64,000 bases of DNA, from positions 109,182,001-109,246,000 of the forward strand of contig NC_043001.1 in assembly GCF_006345805.1 (NCBI RefSeq). The letters run 5' to 3'. Under the pieces are notes generated by a model. That model did not search any database. It was not told where the DNA came from and saw only the letters and a list, made by a program, of their open reading frames with translations. This stretch comes from Octopus sinensis (taxonomy: Eukaryota). This document shows, in pieces, positions 1 through 14,830 of this stretch (its first letter is position 1; the number at the start of each line of letters is the position of its first letter). The position numbers and the translations under genes were made by a program.

Positions 1-50
1 CGTGGTGCTTCAGAATGGCTGCATTCAAATGACTGAAACAAATAAAAGAA
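1..50 (+). mobile_element. SINE family A, 3' tail at window edge
   Basis: AATGACTGAAACAAATAAAAGAA. Confidence 0.6.
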
Positions 51-86
51 TATAATATTGTTGTTGTTGTTGTTATTGTTATTATT

Positions 87-222
87 AAGGCGATGAGCTG
101 GGAAAATCTTTAGCGCGCCGGACGAAATGCTTAGCGATATTTCACCCGTCGCTACCTTCTGAGTTCAAATTCAGCCGAGGTCGACTTTGCCTTTCATCGT
201 TTCGGGGTCGATAGACTAAGTA
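87..222 (+). mobile_element. SINE family B (AAGGCGGCGAGCTGGCAGAA head)
   Basis: Shared core TTCTGAGTTCAAATT...GAGGTCGACTTTGCCTTTCAT. Confidence 0.75.
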
Positions 223-233
223 TAGTAGAATGG

Positions 234-304
<71 letters not shown>

Positions 305-650
305 CATTATTATTATTATATTATTATTATTATATTATTATTATTATTATTTTATTATTATTATTATTATTATTATATTATTATTATCATCATCATCATC
401 ATCATTTATATTTATCGTCTTTGCACAAGTTCTGATGCTGGAGATGTACTACGGTGCCAGCTGTTCACTACAATTTTCAAGCACCTTCCGGAATATTCGA
501 GCGGTTCCAAGCAGTTCTGTTTTCTGCAAGTGCTTCACCCTTATTACAGCCCCTATTTGTTCCATCTACTTCTCAAGATTTTTACACAAATTTATTATTA
601 ATATTGTTTGTTGTTGTTGTTGTTTCTTGTTGTTTATTTTTGTTGTTGTT

Positions 651-860
651 AAGGCGACAAGCTTGCCGAATCGTTAGTACACCGGTCAAAATTCTTAGCG
701 ATATTTCGGACGTTTCCACGTTCTGGGTTCAAATTCCGACCACGTTCAGGTTCGATACAATAAGTACCACTCTAGTACTGAGGGAGATATGTTGGTCGAA
801 GTAAATGACTAGTTCCCTCCCCTGAAATTGCTGGCCTTGTATCAAAGTTTGAAACTATTA
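651..860 (+). mobile_element. SINE family B
   Basis: Head and tail match other copies, with an internal deletion. Confidence 0.7.
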
Positions 861-1331
861 TTCTTATTACTGTACCACATAAGCTAAGCTAATTACGACT
901 ACGGCTCAGTTTTCTAGCAGATGACTCTGTTGTGATGGTTATTTTTGCTTAAGATATTCTGGTATTTGTCTTCTCTATTCCCTCGCTCTTTATCTCTAAT
1001 TTCGTTCTTGATCTCACTTTCTCCTCTCCTCTATCTTTCTCTAAGATATATCTCTTTCTCCATCGCTCTCTTCCCCTCTCACTCTATCTATGTATCTATC
1101 TATTTATCCATAAATCTATCTCTCCTTCGGCTCTTTCTCTCTCTTTCGCCCTTTGTCTTTGTGGAAATTCAATTCAGGTTTATCTGTTAGGGTTGCAATT
1201 CCCCAAGGCAACTAGAAATGTGCATTTGTCTATTAGCTCCATTGGCCTGTAACTTACGTCCTTCGGTGAACGGTATATCAATTTTGATCAGCTCCAGATT
1301 TAATGATCATTGTGGATGGCACGGATATATT

Positions 1332-1384
<53 letters not shown>

Positions 1385-1564
1385 TATGCAGAAAACGAAG
1401 AACCTATTGCGTGTGTCGCCTACCTAAATTGTAAAATGGGAAAATATCCTGACAGACGATTTCAGTTATCTACATAACTATCCACAACAGATATACAATT
1501 TCTCTTTCTTAATAGATAAATTTCCTAACAAACAAGACTGCTATCATTCAATTAGTGTGTCCTC

Positions 1565-1567
1565 TTA

Positions 1568-1627
<60 letters not shown>

Positions 1628-1640
1628 TATTATATATATG

Positions 1641-1691
<51 letters not shown>

Positions 1692-1771
1692 ATATGTGTA
1701 TATGTATATATATATATATAATATATATACATGTGTATATGTATATATATACATGTACATGTATGTATATG

Positions 1772-1802
<31 letters not shown>

Positions 1803-1814
1803 GTACATGTATGC

Positions 1815-1856
<42 letters not shown>

Positions 1857-1932
1857 CACATTATATCAATGGTGCTATATATATCATATACCTTTAAATA
1901 AACAAATGTGTACGCATGTATATATACATACA

Positions 1933-1978
<46 letters not shown>

Positions 1979-2340
1979 ATATTATATATATATATATATG
2001 TATATATATACATGTGTATATGTATATATATATATATAAATGCTTATATAAGTATATTTATTACTTATACGGATATAGAAGATAATATTTGTATGTGAGT
2101 TTTTCGTGTGTACATATAGGTAAGTGCATATATACATATATAAACATGTATGTATGTATATGTGTATATATACACACACACACACATATATATATATATG
2201 CATATATACATTTATATATTAACATATGCATACATAAATATGTATCTTTAATATATATATAGATAGATAGATACACATATATATTTACATACTCATATCT
2301 ATATCTATTTATTTATCTACCTACCTATCTATGTGAGTGT
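1565..2340. repeat. Degenerate (TA)n/(TATG)n field; similar fields at ~2985-3780, 4470-4820, 31420-31900, 40525-40780, 48190-48365 and 60420-60700
   Basis: Direct reading; source of the IYIY ORFs. Confidence 0.9.
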
Positions 2341-3220
2341 GTATATGTCTGAGTGTATGTGTCCTTGTTTATGTATATACAAACTCACACCACACGCCTA
2401 CATCCTCTGCATCGCCACAGACTTGTAATTGTTAGTACCTGTATCTCTTAGATATTCCACCATCCATTCTTAATTGAATATTTCCATTTATCATTTTCCT
2501 TTTTATTTCTGTTGAAAATATAATTTTTTTTTGCTCTTTATTTTTAAAAAAATTATTTCATTCCCGTAAATGGCACCCCGCCTCATCACACCACCCCACC
2601 CCACCTCACCCCACCCCACACCATACCACGCTATTACTTCCTTCTCTATATCCTTGTATTCCTCCATAAACAGATTTAGCGAATATCGAATTTGCCAATT
2701 ATTATATGTCAAACGATGAGATCAACGACTTGACTGCCTTGAAGACGTTTGCCAGTATATTTCTTTGGTTGTGATTTAATATATGCCAAATTAACTGAAA
2801 AGGAACGTAGTATACAACTTTAATATGACATCTAATATAAGCAATAATCTTCAAGGGTATGTCGAGGAAAAAAGAAATGTCTAATGTTCAGCTGTCACTA
2901 TCATTATTTGATACTGTACGGCAGTAATTACTTTCTCATATGCTTTGACAGTATTTACGGCAATTATCTTATTGTTTACACGAACGCACACACAAACACA
3001 CACACAGACACAGACACACACACTCACACTCTCTCGCATGCACACGCACACACGCAAGCATGTACAGAGAGTCACATACTCATACAGGCATATACATGCA
3101 CATAAGCATACAGACAAATGCATACACTCCCACGAAAATAAGTGTGGGAGTATATATATGTAAATATGTAAGTATACATAAATACAAACAAACATACATA
3201 TATATATATATATATAGGTA

Positions 3221-3269
<49 letters not shown>

Positions 3270-3525
3270 TGCATATATATATATATATGTATATAAACAT
3301 ACATATATATACATATATATATATGTTTATATTCACATATTTATGTATCTGGTCACGTATATATATATATAATTATATAAGTGTATATAAGTAAATGTAT
3401 ATACATACACACACATACATATATATATACATATATATATATATAGATATATATATATATATACATATATGCATATATATATATATATATGTATATAAAT
3501 ATATATGCATATATATATGCATATA

Positions 3526-3585
<60 letters not shown>

Positions 3586-4517
3586 GTAAATAGATGTATA
3601 TTTATATACATGTATATATATATTTATATACAACTATGTAACTACATATATTCATTCGTACACATACACACAAACACACCAACACACAAACAGACACACA
3701 TATATATTCATACATTTCTGCATATATATATCTACAAATACACGCGCGCTCGCACACATGTATATAAGTACGTGTGTGTTTACAAAAATATGCGTTTGTG
3801 TATTTGTAAGTTTGCGTGGGATATTTCTTTTATCTAATGTGCTTTTACGTGTTTATTTCCAGTCTGACATCCTATAATTGACTTTCTCCTATAGCTTCCA
3901 CTTGAGTCTTCTGTAGTTGTTTCATATATTCTTTACATCGCCTGCCTGCGTCCGTTTATATCCTGTATGGACGGCTATATTACATATTGTATATATAAGT
4001 GTGTTTGCCTTTCTGAAAACGATATTTATATACTTCTGCCTATAACATATACATATCACTTGCTACATGCTACTCGCACAGAAGTACACATACGCCGGTT
4101 ACGAAAATACTCAGAGACTTATACATCATATGTGTATGTATATATATATGGAGAAAAAAGGTCAAGATGGAAAATGCTAAAGTAATTTTATAAAAAAAAC
4201 ATTTCAGTACCCGTTTCAGTCATTGAGACTTTCTTAACTATACGGAAAACAAATTTTGGAAAAATTAAAAGAAAAGTTTTTAAAAATTAAAAGAAAAGAA
4301 TATTTGCATAGTGTTCAAATACAAGTGGCATTTTCCTTGTTTCTGCCTGTCTCTGTCTCACTTGTTTACTCTTGTGGGTTCGAGAAGAAGAAGAATGTGG
4401 GAGTGCCATGACAGTAGTATGTTAAATGGTCAACTGCCCACTGTGTATGGTAGTAGAATGGTCAAGTGACCCATATATATATATATATAATAATATATTA
4501 TATATATATATATTATA

Positions 4518-4597
<80 letters not shown>

Positions 4598-4598
4598 G

Positions 4599-4645
<47 letters not shown>

Positions 4646-4663
4646 CATATACTATATATATAT

Positions 4664-4714
<51 letters not shown>

Positions 4715-4742
4715 ATATATAATAAATATATATATATATATA

Positions 4743-4787
<45 letters not shown>

Positions 4788-4821
4788 TATATATATGCAT
4801 ATCTACATACACACACACATA

Positions 4822-4998
4822 TCGTTAGCCACTACACACATTTTTTTTTCTCCTTGTTTTTTCTGTGAACCTTTCTGTAGAAGAGCGTAGGCTCGAAACG
4901 TAAAAGACTTTTTCTATTCCTGAGCGTTATACCAATACATCTGTATGTTTTGTACACCACCTGTCTTCGTCTTTTGTTTTTTTCGTAAACTTTCCCTA
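4822..4998 (+). mobile_element. Penelope-like pseudo-LTR remnant (family 1)
   Basis: Hammerhead-like CTTT-CTGTAGA-AGAGCGTAGGCTC-GAAACGTA-AAAG at 4871-4906, plus conserved flanks (AGCCACTACACAC...). Confidence 0.6.
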
Positions 4999-5025
4999 TA
5001 TATATATATATATAAATATATATAC

Positions 5026-5070
<45 letters not shown>

Positions 5071-5870
5071 AGGTAGGAATGAAAGGATGTCGAACCCGTT
5101 TTCAAATATAGATATTTTCGACTGAGCTCTCCCTCCCATAACAATGAACGTTTTCAGCCAGCAGTTTTAAAGACTGCAAGTTCTCTATACCGAAACCTAA
5201 CACCCGCCAAGGCAAGCGTCACCGTAAGGTCATTTGATACATAACTAAGTGGAAGCTCGTTGAATAGCCTTCGCCATACCTCAACGGAAACTGGATGACT
5301 GTTTCTGATGCGTTCTTCCATGCAGATGTGTCTAGTCAGGTGACTTTTCAAAAGATCCCTCGCTGAATAAAAAAAAAACTAACTGTATCCATTCCATGTC
5401 ATTCGAAACCACGAAAACCTTTATGCAACCAACTATAGGCAAATAACGAAATACATTCTAACCGTACCAGGCGAAACCGAGTTTATTGATCAAGGGACCG
5501 TTTGAAAACTCACCTGACTAGACACAACACCACCGAAGGATCAAGCACAAGTAGTCACTCAGAATCTCACTCGCGGGGGACCGGCGCATGATGAGTCGAA
5601 ACGATAGTTGTCATTAAGAAAGAATCTCGCAAATTTTTTCTTTTTTTTTTTCTCTATTTTGTTATAAACTCCACGGATACATTGGAATTCCTGAAGTAAA
5701 TCCAGTAACATTTTTAGGCACATCGTCAATGACATGAGGTACCCGCAGACAGTAAACGTGCTTTAATCAGCATACGACTAGGAGTATACCCAACTCTAAA
5801 ATAATCACTTACATCTACTTATGTATGTGTATATACACATACATAAATATATATCAACAATCATGTCTGT

Positions 5871-5901
<31 letters not shown>

Positions 5902-7794
5902 CACGCGCGCGCACACATACACACACACACATATATATATTATGAAGTCGTTGTTTATGGTCGATCAGAGAATTACTATTGATTTCACTTTTATTCTTGC
6001 ACTTCGCAATACAAGCTAGAAACAAAAAAAACAGCGAACCATCAACTATAAAGTCCAACTTCCATGCCACTTAAATTAATATCTGTAGAGAGCGGATGGA
6101 TACCTCACATTGTTTACTCAACTAACTACACTCATTTCCCAATGTAAATCTAATATAACTTCAGAGCTCTGCTACAGTTTTGGTATAAAATATTATGCTA
6201 TAAGTTGTCCGGCAGTGTCGTACTTTCCCGTTGCTTCCTTAACTCTCAAACATTGGGCGGTAGCTTCATAGATTCCACCGAATGTCGATGTGTAACAAAA
6301 AAAGCTGAAGCAGGTTATGCTTTGTGGTTAGAATCATTTCATTTAAAAAAACACAAATTCTGGAAAGTCAAGTGAATGTATTTACTTTCTTCCATTGAAA
6401 ATGCAGTGTATTTGTCATTTTTTTCCATTTTCAGTACAAATACCCAACGTGGATATTATAGAATCAATACAATATAAATCTCAAAGACAATTGCTCTTAG
6501 TTTCCAAATTGGTGTTCATGTATGCTGAAGACTCACCGAGCAAAAAGGGTTCTTATTGTGTAAACAGTACGCATAATACATTTCACGTTTCGAAAAAGTA
6601 CGTGATACTACAGGACTGAAATGAATATAGAAACATATACAAAAGAAAACGATCCACTTAAATGAACAAGATAACAATATCGTTTGTGTTGACTGCATTA
6701 GTGGATTTCTAAATTTCTAAAATTGCATATATTTGAGAAAAGAATAAAAGAAAAGTCTGATGCAACAATATTCCGCATAGATAATATAAACGCTAAACAA
6801 TGCAAAAGGCAATTGAAATTTTCATTTGTGTATTTGATCACTTATATTATTTTCTTTCTTAGTATTGAACTGTTCATATATTATGTTTGCTCGACAGCTT
6901 AATTCTAGTATTTTTAGAATCAAATTATTAAATCAAATTGAATTTCTTTGAATGTATTATATATATGGATGTAACGTTAATTTTTTTTTCAACATAACTT
7001 TTTAACTTAATCGTGTCATCAAATGATAATTGCTTGTAAACACAGAATTCCATACAATGCCGTTTAGGCTACTGGTTTCTAGTTTTTAACTAGATTTAAC
7101 TAATTTTGCTGCATATGAAACTGAGATAAAAATTGAATTTAGTATCATACGATTATCAGAAAATAAATTGAATGACGTACAAACGAAACAGTAAATTCAA
7201 GTTTTAATTATTTATAACACAGTGTTTAATGAAGCAGCTTGAAAAATGAAAGTTATTTCTCTGTTTTTAGTTGAGTCGTTTCAAATTAGAATTTTGTCAG
7301 ATTGGTCAATTGAAAAGATTTTGAAAGTGCCCTTGGGTATCTTGCAGTTTTCTGCTATAGATAAAACAAAACTAAGAGACTCAATATGGATTAATTTCTG
7401 CGTGTGAGTGTCACTATAGTCGTGCGTATATGCGTGGTTGTTTCTATTTCACACACTCTGATTCATATATAGCCACGGGCATTGTGTTATGTAGTTTATC
7501 AATGTGTATGCTTCTTTTTATTGTGCTTCAGTTTTAAAACTACTCCAGCTAGCTACGCGATAACAACTATGAATGTTTTGAATCGGCATCACTTAGCAGT
7601 AGTCTATTACTCTCTAAATATGGAATATAAATTCGTATTTTATTGCATAAGTCTGCTTGCAATATGAAATAATATTGCGTACTACAAGGTCTTTGGATGA
7701 AGTATATATAGCAGAATTCTAAAAATCTAATATATATATAAATACTATATATATATATATATATACATATACATACATGCATATATATATATAT

Positions 7795-7900
7795 GATAGA
7801 TCGGTAGCCACTACACACGTTTTTTTTCTCTCCTTGTTTCTTCCTGTGTTCCTTTCTGTAGAAGAGCGTAGGCTCGAAACGTAAAAGACTTTTTCAATTC
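7795..7900 (+). mobile_element. Penelope-like pseudo-LTR remnant (family 1), 3' truncated
   Basis: Same motif at 7852-7887. Confidence 0.55.
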
Positions 7901-8997
7901 TTTCTTCTCTCAAACAGTAGAACGGTTGTGTCGTCCTAATTATTCCTTTTGGCACTTATTCTTTATACCATGTATTTTGACTTCTTATTTGGTTAGGGAC
8001 GACCGTGTTGCATTTAAAAGGAGACATTTCCGTGACCAACTCCTTTCGTACGGTCGTTCCTCTACAGTGTCAAGCGTATAGTATGAACTTAGTTTTAGAC
8101 ACGGGGTATAATTTCCATTCTTCATCGTAGATTTCTGTGGAGTTGTTCAGGATCAGTTTATAAGACAATCATATATCATGTTCCGTGAATTCAAGCATTT
8201 ATTTGGATTTCATTAGCTTCGCACTTAGTTAAATTCATTATTGCTCTACGTAAGTGAGTCGTATAATTAATATTTTAATCGGATAATGCGATATAGTTTG
8301 TAAACAAATCCTTTAAACAAATGTGTGTTTAATCTGACTGAAGTGTATTTTCCAAGTGGGTGTATGTGTACAAATGTGCTAGCGTATATCTGAGTATGCA
8401 AGTATGCAGTAATGTAAACGAGAATATGCATAGTTAGGTGTATACATATGCAATACGAATGCGAGAATTACTATATATTGGTCTTCATGCAAGTGTGTAT
8501 CACAAGCGAATACATTTACCCATAAATGTGCATGAGCTTGTATAAGAATGCAAATGACTATTAGCTATGTGTGCACAATGAAACTCACACACATTGTTCA
8601 CAATTATACGCTTACAATAGAACTGCGTAGTTTCTTCGCTACGTATGGGAGTATATGGGTATGCGTGAGAGCACGCAAGAACATTCTGTAATTAAAGCGT
8701 TTCTGCTTGTGTACGTCTGTGCGCTATCCTCCGCAGTTACGCTATCGGCTCACAAGTATGTTTCTAATTATCTCCCTTTATTTTATATTTTTAATTTTGC
8801 GTAAGGGGTCTCTATTTGTGGCGTGTCATGTCATGTCATGTCAAAATCCTATGAACTCGATATCTTGTACTGACAGATCTTGATAAATAGAGTTGTACAT
8901 TTTGCACATCGCAATTTTCAACTGAAAAAACTTATTTTTACAGCGTTTAATGACGTTAAGCTAATTACAAAACAGTAATTAATGCATAATCATTCAT

Positions 8998-9135
8998 TCC
9001 AACTCTCTCCTCCCCCTCTCTCTCCTATCCCCCTCTCTCGTTTCCCTCTCTCTCGTTTCCCTCTCTCTCCTTTCCCCCTCTCTCCTTTTCCTCTCTCCCC
9101 TCCCCTCTCTCCTTTCTCTCTCTCTCTCTCCCCTT
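8998..9135. repeat. CT-rich ~15 bp degenerate minisatellite
   Basis: Repeated TTCCCCCTCTCTCTCC-like units. Confidence 0.75.
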
Positions 9136-9226
9136 TCTCCAACGCTAATTCTTCTTTGAGTGACTGTACACACAACTAGGAAAAAAATGGATATTCTAAG
9201 TTTAAATGTTCTCTCTTTCTCTCTGA

Positions 9227-9274
<48 letters not shown>

Positions 9275-9878
9275 TTATCTTTCTCTCCTATAATGATACT
9301 AATTATATCTAATATCTGTTTAATTTGACATTCACATCAATCCTTTTATTCGAATGACAAAAATGCACTTAGCTTGGAAACCTATCATCCAGAAATCACC
9401 GATATTGTGTTCCTGTTCTACGAAATAGCAATTATTGCATACCAAATGCAAATATTTACGTCCATAAGGCTACGGCGTTAGTTTACAATATTTCATTGCC
9501 ACAATCGTTTCACTAATGAAGTCTTTGTTCAGTATGCATAGAACTAAAGATTTCCGTGACTGTCAAACTACCCTATTACCTTATACACCTTACTTTCACT
9601 TGACTCCTAAACGAATGATCTCGTTGTCTCAGGTTTTACTGCTTCTTGTCTATTCCACAATGCTTCTCTATTCGTATCCTTTTTTGCCCAAGGGAAATGT
9701 CTTGTAACTACGAGATATGCATTTACTACAAGTAACAATATTTGTTATCTTTGAATGTAAACTTGCTGCGTGTCGTAAACAACAGATAGTTTTTGTTTTA
9801 TTCGTGTTGTTTTGTTGTACAACTTTCCCTTTGAATTGGGCACCTTTGACTACTATCACACACACACACACACACACA

Positions 9879-9909
<31 letters not shown>

Positions 9910-9964
9910 CGCAAACACACACACACATACCCATATATATATATATATATAATATATATATATA

Positions 9965-10210
9965 TAAGGCTTAGTGGTTAAGATGTTGCACTTACGATTG
10001 CGAGATCGTGAGTTCGATTTCCAGACCGGGCGTCGCGTTGTCTTCTTGAGCAAAGCACTCCATTTCACGTTGCTCTGCGATCATTTTGACATATGACACC
10101 CGTTGCACCTGCACATGTAATGTCGATGTTATGGAAGGAGTGAGCTTATGTCTACACAAACATTTGATCACTATAAACAAGTCATGTGTGTGGTTGTTCA
10201 GTAAGAAAGT
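9965..10210 (+). mobile_element. tRNA-derived SINE, another family
   Basis: GGCTTAGTGGTTAAG...GAGTTCGATTTCC A/B boxes followed by CTTGAGCAAAGCACT. Confidence 0.6.
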
Positions 10211-10746
10211 GTTGAATCCTCATACTTCATTTTGGGAGTTCTTTAGCATTATTTCCTTATTTCCCTTATTAAAATTTATTAGTTTCTATCTAAAGCCTCT
10301 TTTCAGCGTTAGCTTGCATCGACTGCAGACAATGTCTCCTTTCAACTCCTCTTGACTAATTTGATAATATGGTCATGGCCAACTAAGGCGGGAAAATTAT
10401 ATTCAGCTTCCAGTAACCAAGTCCCTGTTTGTGTGACTTATCTCAGTCGACTGTACACATCACAAATTTGTGGCCAACAACTTCAAATAGTAAACACCCT
10501 ACGATAACCTCATGTATTTGCCTATAGAATACTTTCTCTAGATAAGATCTAGATGAACCGATGATGCTTGCTCATGTCTTTATTGGGGGATCTTGGAAAC
10601 CTTGACGAATCGAGTCCGTCAGTAAGGAAAGACTTGAAAGGTTTGCGAAGATTTTGACACCACATTCGTATTAGCTAGCCCTCAACAATCCAGATGTGCG
10701 TCCAAAATGTCCCCAAGATCAGCCCTTTTATGACACCCTAGTATAT

Positions 10747-10862
10747 GCGGCAAGCTAGTTGAAGCGTTACAACGCTGTGTAAAATGCTTAGTGGTATTTC
10801 GTCCCGCTCTGCGTTCTGAGTTCAAATCCCGTCGTAGTCGACTTTGCCTTACATTCCTTCGA
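10747..10862 (+). mobile_element. SINE family B, 5' part
   Basis: Core motif TTCTGAGTTCAAAT...GTCGACTTTGCC. Confidence 0.65.
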
Positions 10863-11229
10863 GGTCTCTAATTTTGTGGCACCTTTAATCTGCTTCTCCC
10901 CAAAGACCCCAACCGCTGTTTTAATGTCTTCCTTTTGTGCGGTTAAACACAGACGTCTTTTGCCAGAATGATTGGGGTGGAATGGATTTTGTGGAGGATG
11001 TTGTGTTTTTGCGAGTTTTTTCTACTGGAGCTGCACCTGTCTGTATTTTAGTGTTGTTCTTGTTGCTATTGCGGTTACTGCTACCTCTGCTTCCTCTGCA
11101 GCAGTTGCTGTCGCTGCTGATGTTGTTACAATTGCTGGTATTTTTATGGTTGTTCTCAGGCAAATTCTCTCTCATGTGACGTAGTGTTACAGCAACTCCT
11201 CCTCATTGTTCTCTCCCCTCACCTCCTCC

Positions 11230-11538
11230 TCCTACTACTACTACTATTACTACTGCCGCTGAATGTACCACCACTACTACCACCACTACTACCACCACCA
11301 CCACCACCACCACCACCATCACAACCACCACCACCACCACCATCACAACCACCACCACCACCACTACCACGGCTACCGTATGCTGCTGCTGCTGCTACTA
11401 CTACCACTACCGCTAATTCCACCACCACCACCACCACCACCGCCGTCGCTGATACTACTACTGCAACTACTACCGCTGCTATTACTACCGCTGATTCTAC
11501 CACCACCACCACCACAACCTTCACCGCCTCCGATACCT

Positions 11539-11592
<54 letters not shown>

Positions 11593-11600
11593 TTACTACT
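11230..11600. repeat. Compound trinucleotide microsatellite (CTA/CCA/CTG)
   Basis: Direct reading; source of the poly-P/H/T ORFs. Confidence 0.9.
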
Positions 11601-12014
11601 CATTTAAATTACTTTGAACTAATAATTGCACCAGCAATTTCTTATGTTGGCAAACGATCAGAAAATTTTAGATTGGTTACAATCTATTAAAAAAAACGAT
11701 ATTTTATTTATGTAAATTTCATACAGCGTAACTCACTGATGTTTCAACGATATAAAATATATTGCCAGGGTTAAGCAAGTTAACATTTTCTTTGATACCT
11801 CGTCTTAATTCATTTAAGTGATGAGGGACAACGATAAAGATATGCTAAACTATGTTTCCCTCGTTCTGCTTCATTGAACATAGAGAACATAGAGAAGTTT
11901 TTGGAAACATATTAGGACAAGAAAATGTCAATAAAACAAAATTCAGTAAGATATATACGATTCTCGTTGAGATATAACATGTATATGTAGATATATATGT
12001 TACACATATATATC

Positions 12015-12219
12015 TTTTCTACTCTAGGCACAAGGCCAGAAATTTTCGGGGAGGGATGCAGTTGATTAGATCGATCCCAGTATGCAACTGGTACTTAATT
12101 GATCGACTCCGAAAGGTAAAGTCGACCTCGGCATAGTTTCAACTCAGAACAAAAAGACAGACGAAATACCACTAAGTATTTCGCCCGACGTGCTAACGTG
12201 TCTGCCAGCTCGCCGCCTT
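12015..12219 (-). mobile_element. SINE family B
   Basis: Reverse complement of a full copy. Confidence 0.75.
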
Positions 12220-12551
12220 GTGTTACACAGATATATATTATACCCATATAGGATATATGAATATGTGTAGACACTAACACACTCTCATACATACGTACCT
12301 ACACTAGGGGGTGGTGTTGAAAGGTTCCTGGCTTTGTGGAAAAGAAAATACAGGAGGATCATTTAATTATGAATTTATTCACCATATTCAGCTCACGGAT
12401 ACACACACTTATTGTAGCGGTCCTTCAGTCCTTTAAAGGAATTTGGTATATTGGACTTTTAATCAGGCCTTTGGCAATACTCTTAAAGCCAGAAACTTTT
12501 CAGTACACCCTAGTATATGCTAATGAGTATATTATAATTCCATGTAAGTAA

Positions 12552-12769
12552 CGCGGCAAGCTAGCTGAAGCGTTAGAACGCAGTGCAAAATGCTTAGTGG
12601 CATTTCGTCCGTCTCTACGTTCTAAGTTCAAATTCCGTCGAAGTTAACTTTGTCTTACATCCGTTCGTGGTCAATAAAATAAGCACCAGTGAAGCCGTGG
12701 GGTCGATGGAATCGACTAGCCCCCTCCTTCGAAACTGCTCGCTTTGCTCCAAATTTTGAAATCAATATT
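12552..12769 (+). mobile_element. SINE family B
   Basis: Full copy, diverged. Confidence 0.7.
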
Positions 12770-12844
12770 TCACACGTACGTGTGTAATATATCACTCCCA
12801 TACACGCACATGCTATTACCTCTAGATATTCTTGTTGCTTATTT

Positions 12845-12881
<37 letters not shown>

Positions 12882-13035
12882 TGTATACATACATATATAA
12901 ATATGTGTGTGTGTATGTATGTATGTATGTATGCATGTATGTATGTATATATATATATATATATTTGTAGACACACATAGATATATACGCACACACACAA
13001 ACACATACACACTCATATATTTATTTATATATATA

Positions 13036-13421
13036 TCTCTCTCTATATAAACGGCAGTTTGTCTGCGTGTTTCTGTGTGTCTGTTTGCTTGTACCCTCAC
13101 TCTGACCACGGCTTTCAACCGATTCTGATGAAACTTGACACACACATAGCCCAATGTCATAATTCAAAACTAACGCAGCGAAAATTTTGAAAAGTTCCCC
13201 CAGTTCTGAAAATAATCGATAAATTCGACATGGGGTCGAGAATCAAAAAAAATAAACCACAGACTGTCTAGGGGACGCAACTCAACCTTTTTTTACTCTC
13301 AAAAAAAAATTTACCATCATTTTTTTTCCCATTTTTTTGCTATTTTTTGGCTATAACTCTCTAAAAATGCTTTATAGTTATTTCCCTTACAAACCTGAGC
13401 AACGCCGGGCGATACTGCTAG
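13036..13421 (+). mobile_element. Non-autonomous Helitron (386 bp)
   Basis: 5' TC, 3' CTAG, inserted between A and T; subterminal hairpin CCTGAGCAACGCCGGG; internal GTCT/GT-rich tract. Confidence 0.75.
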
Positions 13422-14274
13422 TATATATATATATGAGTGTGTATGTGTTTGTTTGTGTTTGTGTGTGTGCGTATATATCTATGTGTGTGTATACATATAT
13501 ATTATGTCTATTCTGCAGAAATTGGTGTAGGACTGCTACTATTAAATTTAGAATCGCAGGTAGATTATTCTTATCTGGCCATCTTCAGCTGCAGTGGTTT
13601 AGGCATTGTTATACTTAGCAGTGTTACTATTTATGCTAGATAGTGCAGATGTAGGAGAAATAATGGCTGTAACTCTTTGTAACACAATGCAATAAAGTGT
13701 TTCCCGATGATCAGTTGCCGTTCGGATCCCATTGCACTCCTTGTAACATTCAACTCAGAGTTTCAACCAACCAGAATGATGAAGTCTACGAAGGAACAAA
13801 TGATAATTCATTGTCTCGCTGTAGACAGATAAGTATAAACACACGAGATAGTAGTTTTCTCTATCCAATCTAATTGGAAGCATGTATTTCGTGGTGGTTA
13901 TTTGCTCTTCAGCATCACAAACCAGAAATCAAATACCGGAAAACTGACATGAGACACAAATCTCTCTAATCGTATTAATTGTATTATAACCGGTTGCACT
14001 AAATAACGGCACACCGCAAATAAAACAAAGAGTGAAAACATTAGGCATTGTTACTACTTCATATACTTTGTGGCAACTGAACGAGTAAATCGACCATTTC
14101 TTCAACCCAGTTTGGTGGATATTTGGGATTTATTAGCTTTAATATGAAAGTGATCAATAGACGTCAAAATCTGCAGAGTGGGTTGCTACGTTTAACTTAT
14201 CATACCTCACGATCTGCTTTCGTAGCAGGTCATCACTTCCTATGATTTTTATTTGTCCAGTTGGTTACGATATG

Positions 14275-14516
14275 TATTCTTCTTGTTCTTCTTCTTGTCC
14301 TTGTTCTTGTTCTTCTCCTTCTTGTTCTTCTTGTTCTTGTTCTTGTTCTTCTTGTTCTTCTTGTTCTTGTTCTTCTTGTTCTTCTTCTTCTTCTTCTTCT
14401 TCTTCTTATTGTTCTTATTCTTGTTGTTGTTGTTGTTGTTGTTCTTCTTCTTCTTCTTCTTCTTCTTATTATCATTATTATTATTATCATTATTATTGTT
14501 ATTATTATTATTATTA

Positions 14517-14571
<55 letters not shown>
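14275..14571. repeat. Compound trinucleotide microsatellite (TTC/TTG/ATT)
   Basis: Direct reading. Confidence 0.9.
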
Positions 14572-14572
<1 letters not shown>

Positions 14573-14586
14573 CCTTTTTTCCCCTT

Positions 14587-14830
14587 GTGGAGCATAGTAT
14601 CTGTTCCCCACCTGGACGGGACGCCGGTCCGTCGCAGGTGAGCTGCACGACGCAGGAGGAAAGAGTGAGAGAAAGTTGTGGCGAAAGAGTCAGCAGAAGT
14701 TCGCCATCACCTTCTGCCGCAGCCGCGTGGAGATTAGGTGTTTCGCTCATAAACACACACATCGCCCGGTCTGAGATTCGAACCCGCGATCCTTCGACCG
14801 CGAATCCGCGAGCCTCCACTGGTTACAATA
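14587..14830 (-). mobile_element. SINE with a family C-like head and a different tail (CTGCGACGGACCGGCGTCCCGTCCAGG, V/Meta-domain-like)
   Basis: Minus strand has B-box GGTTCGAATC and a body similar to family C. Confidence 0.6.

Noticed and set aside
5588-5602. ATGATGAGTCGAAAC hammerhead-like string
   Set aside because: C3 is absent, there is no room for helix II and no helix I pairing.
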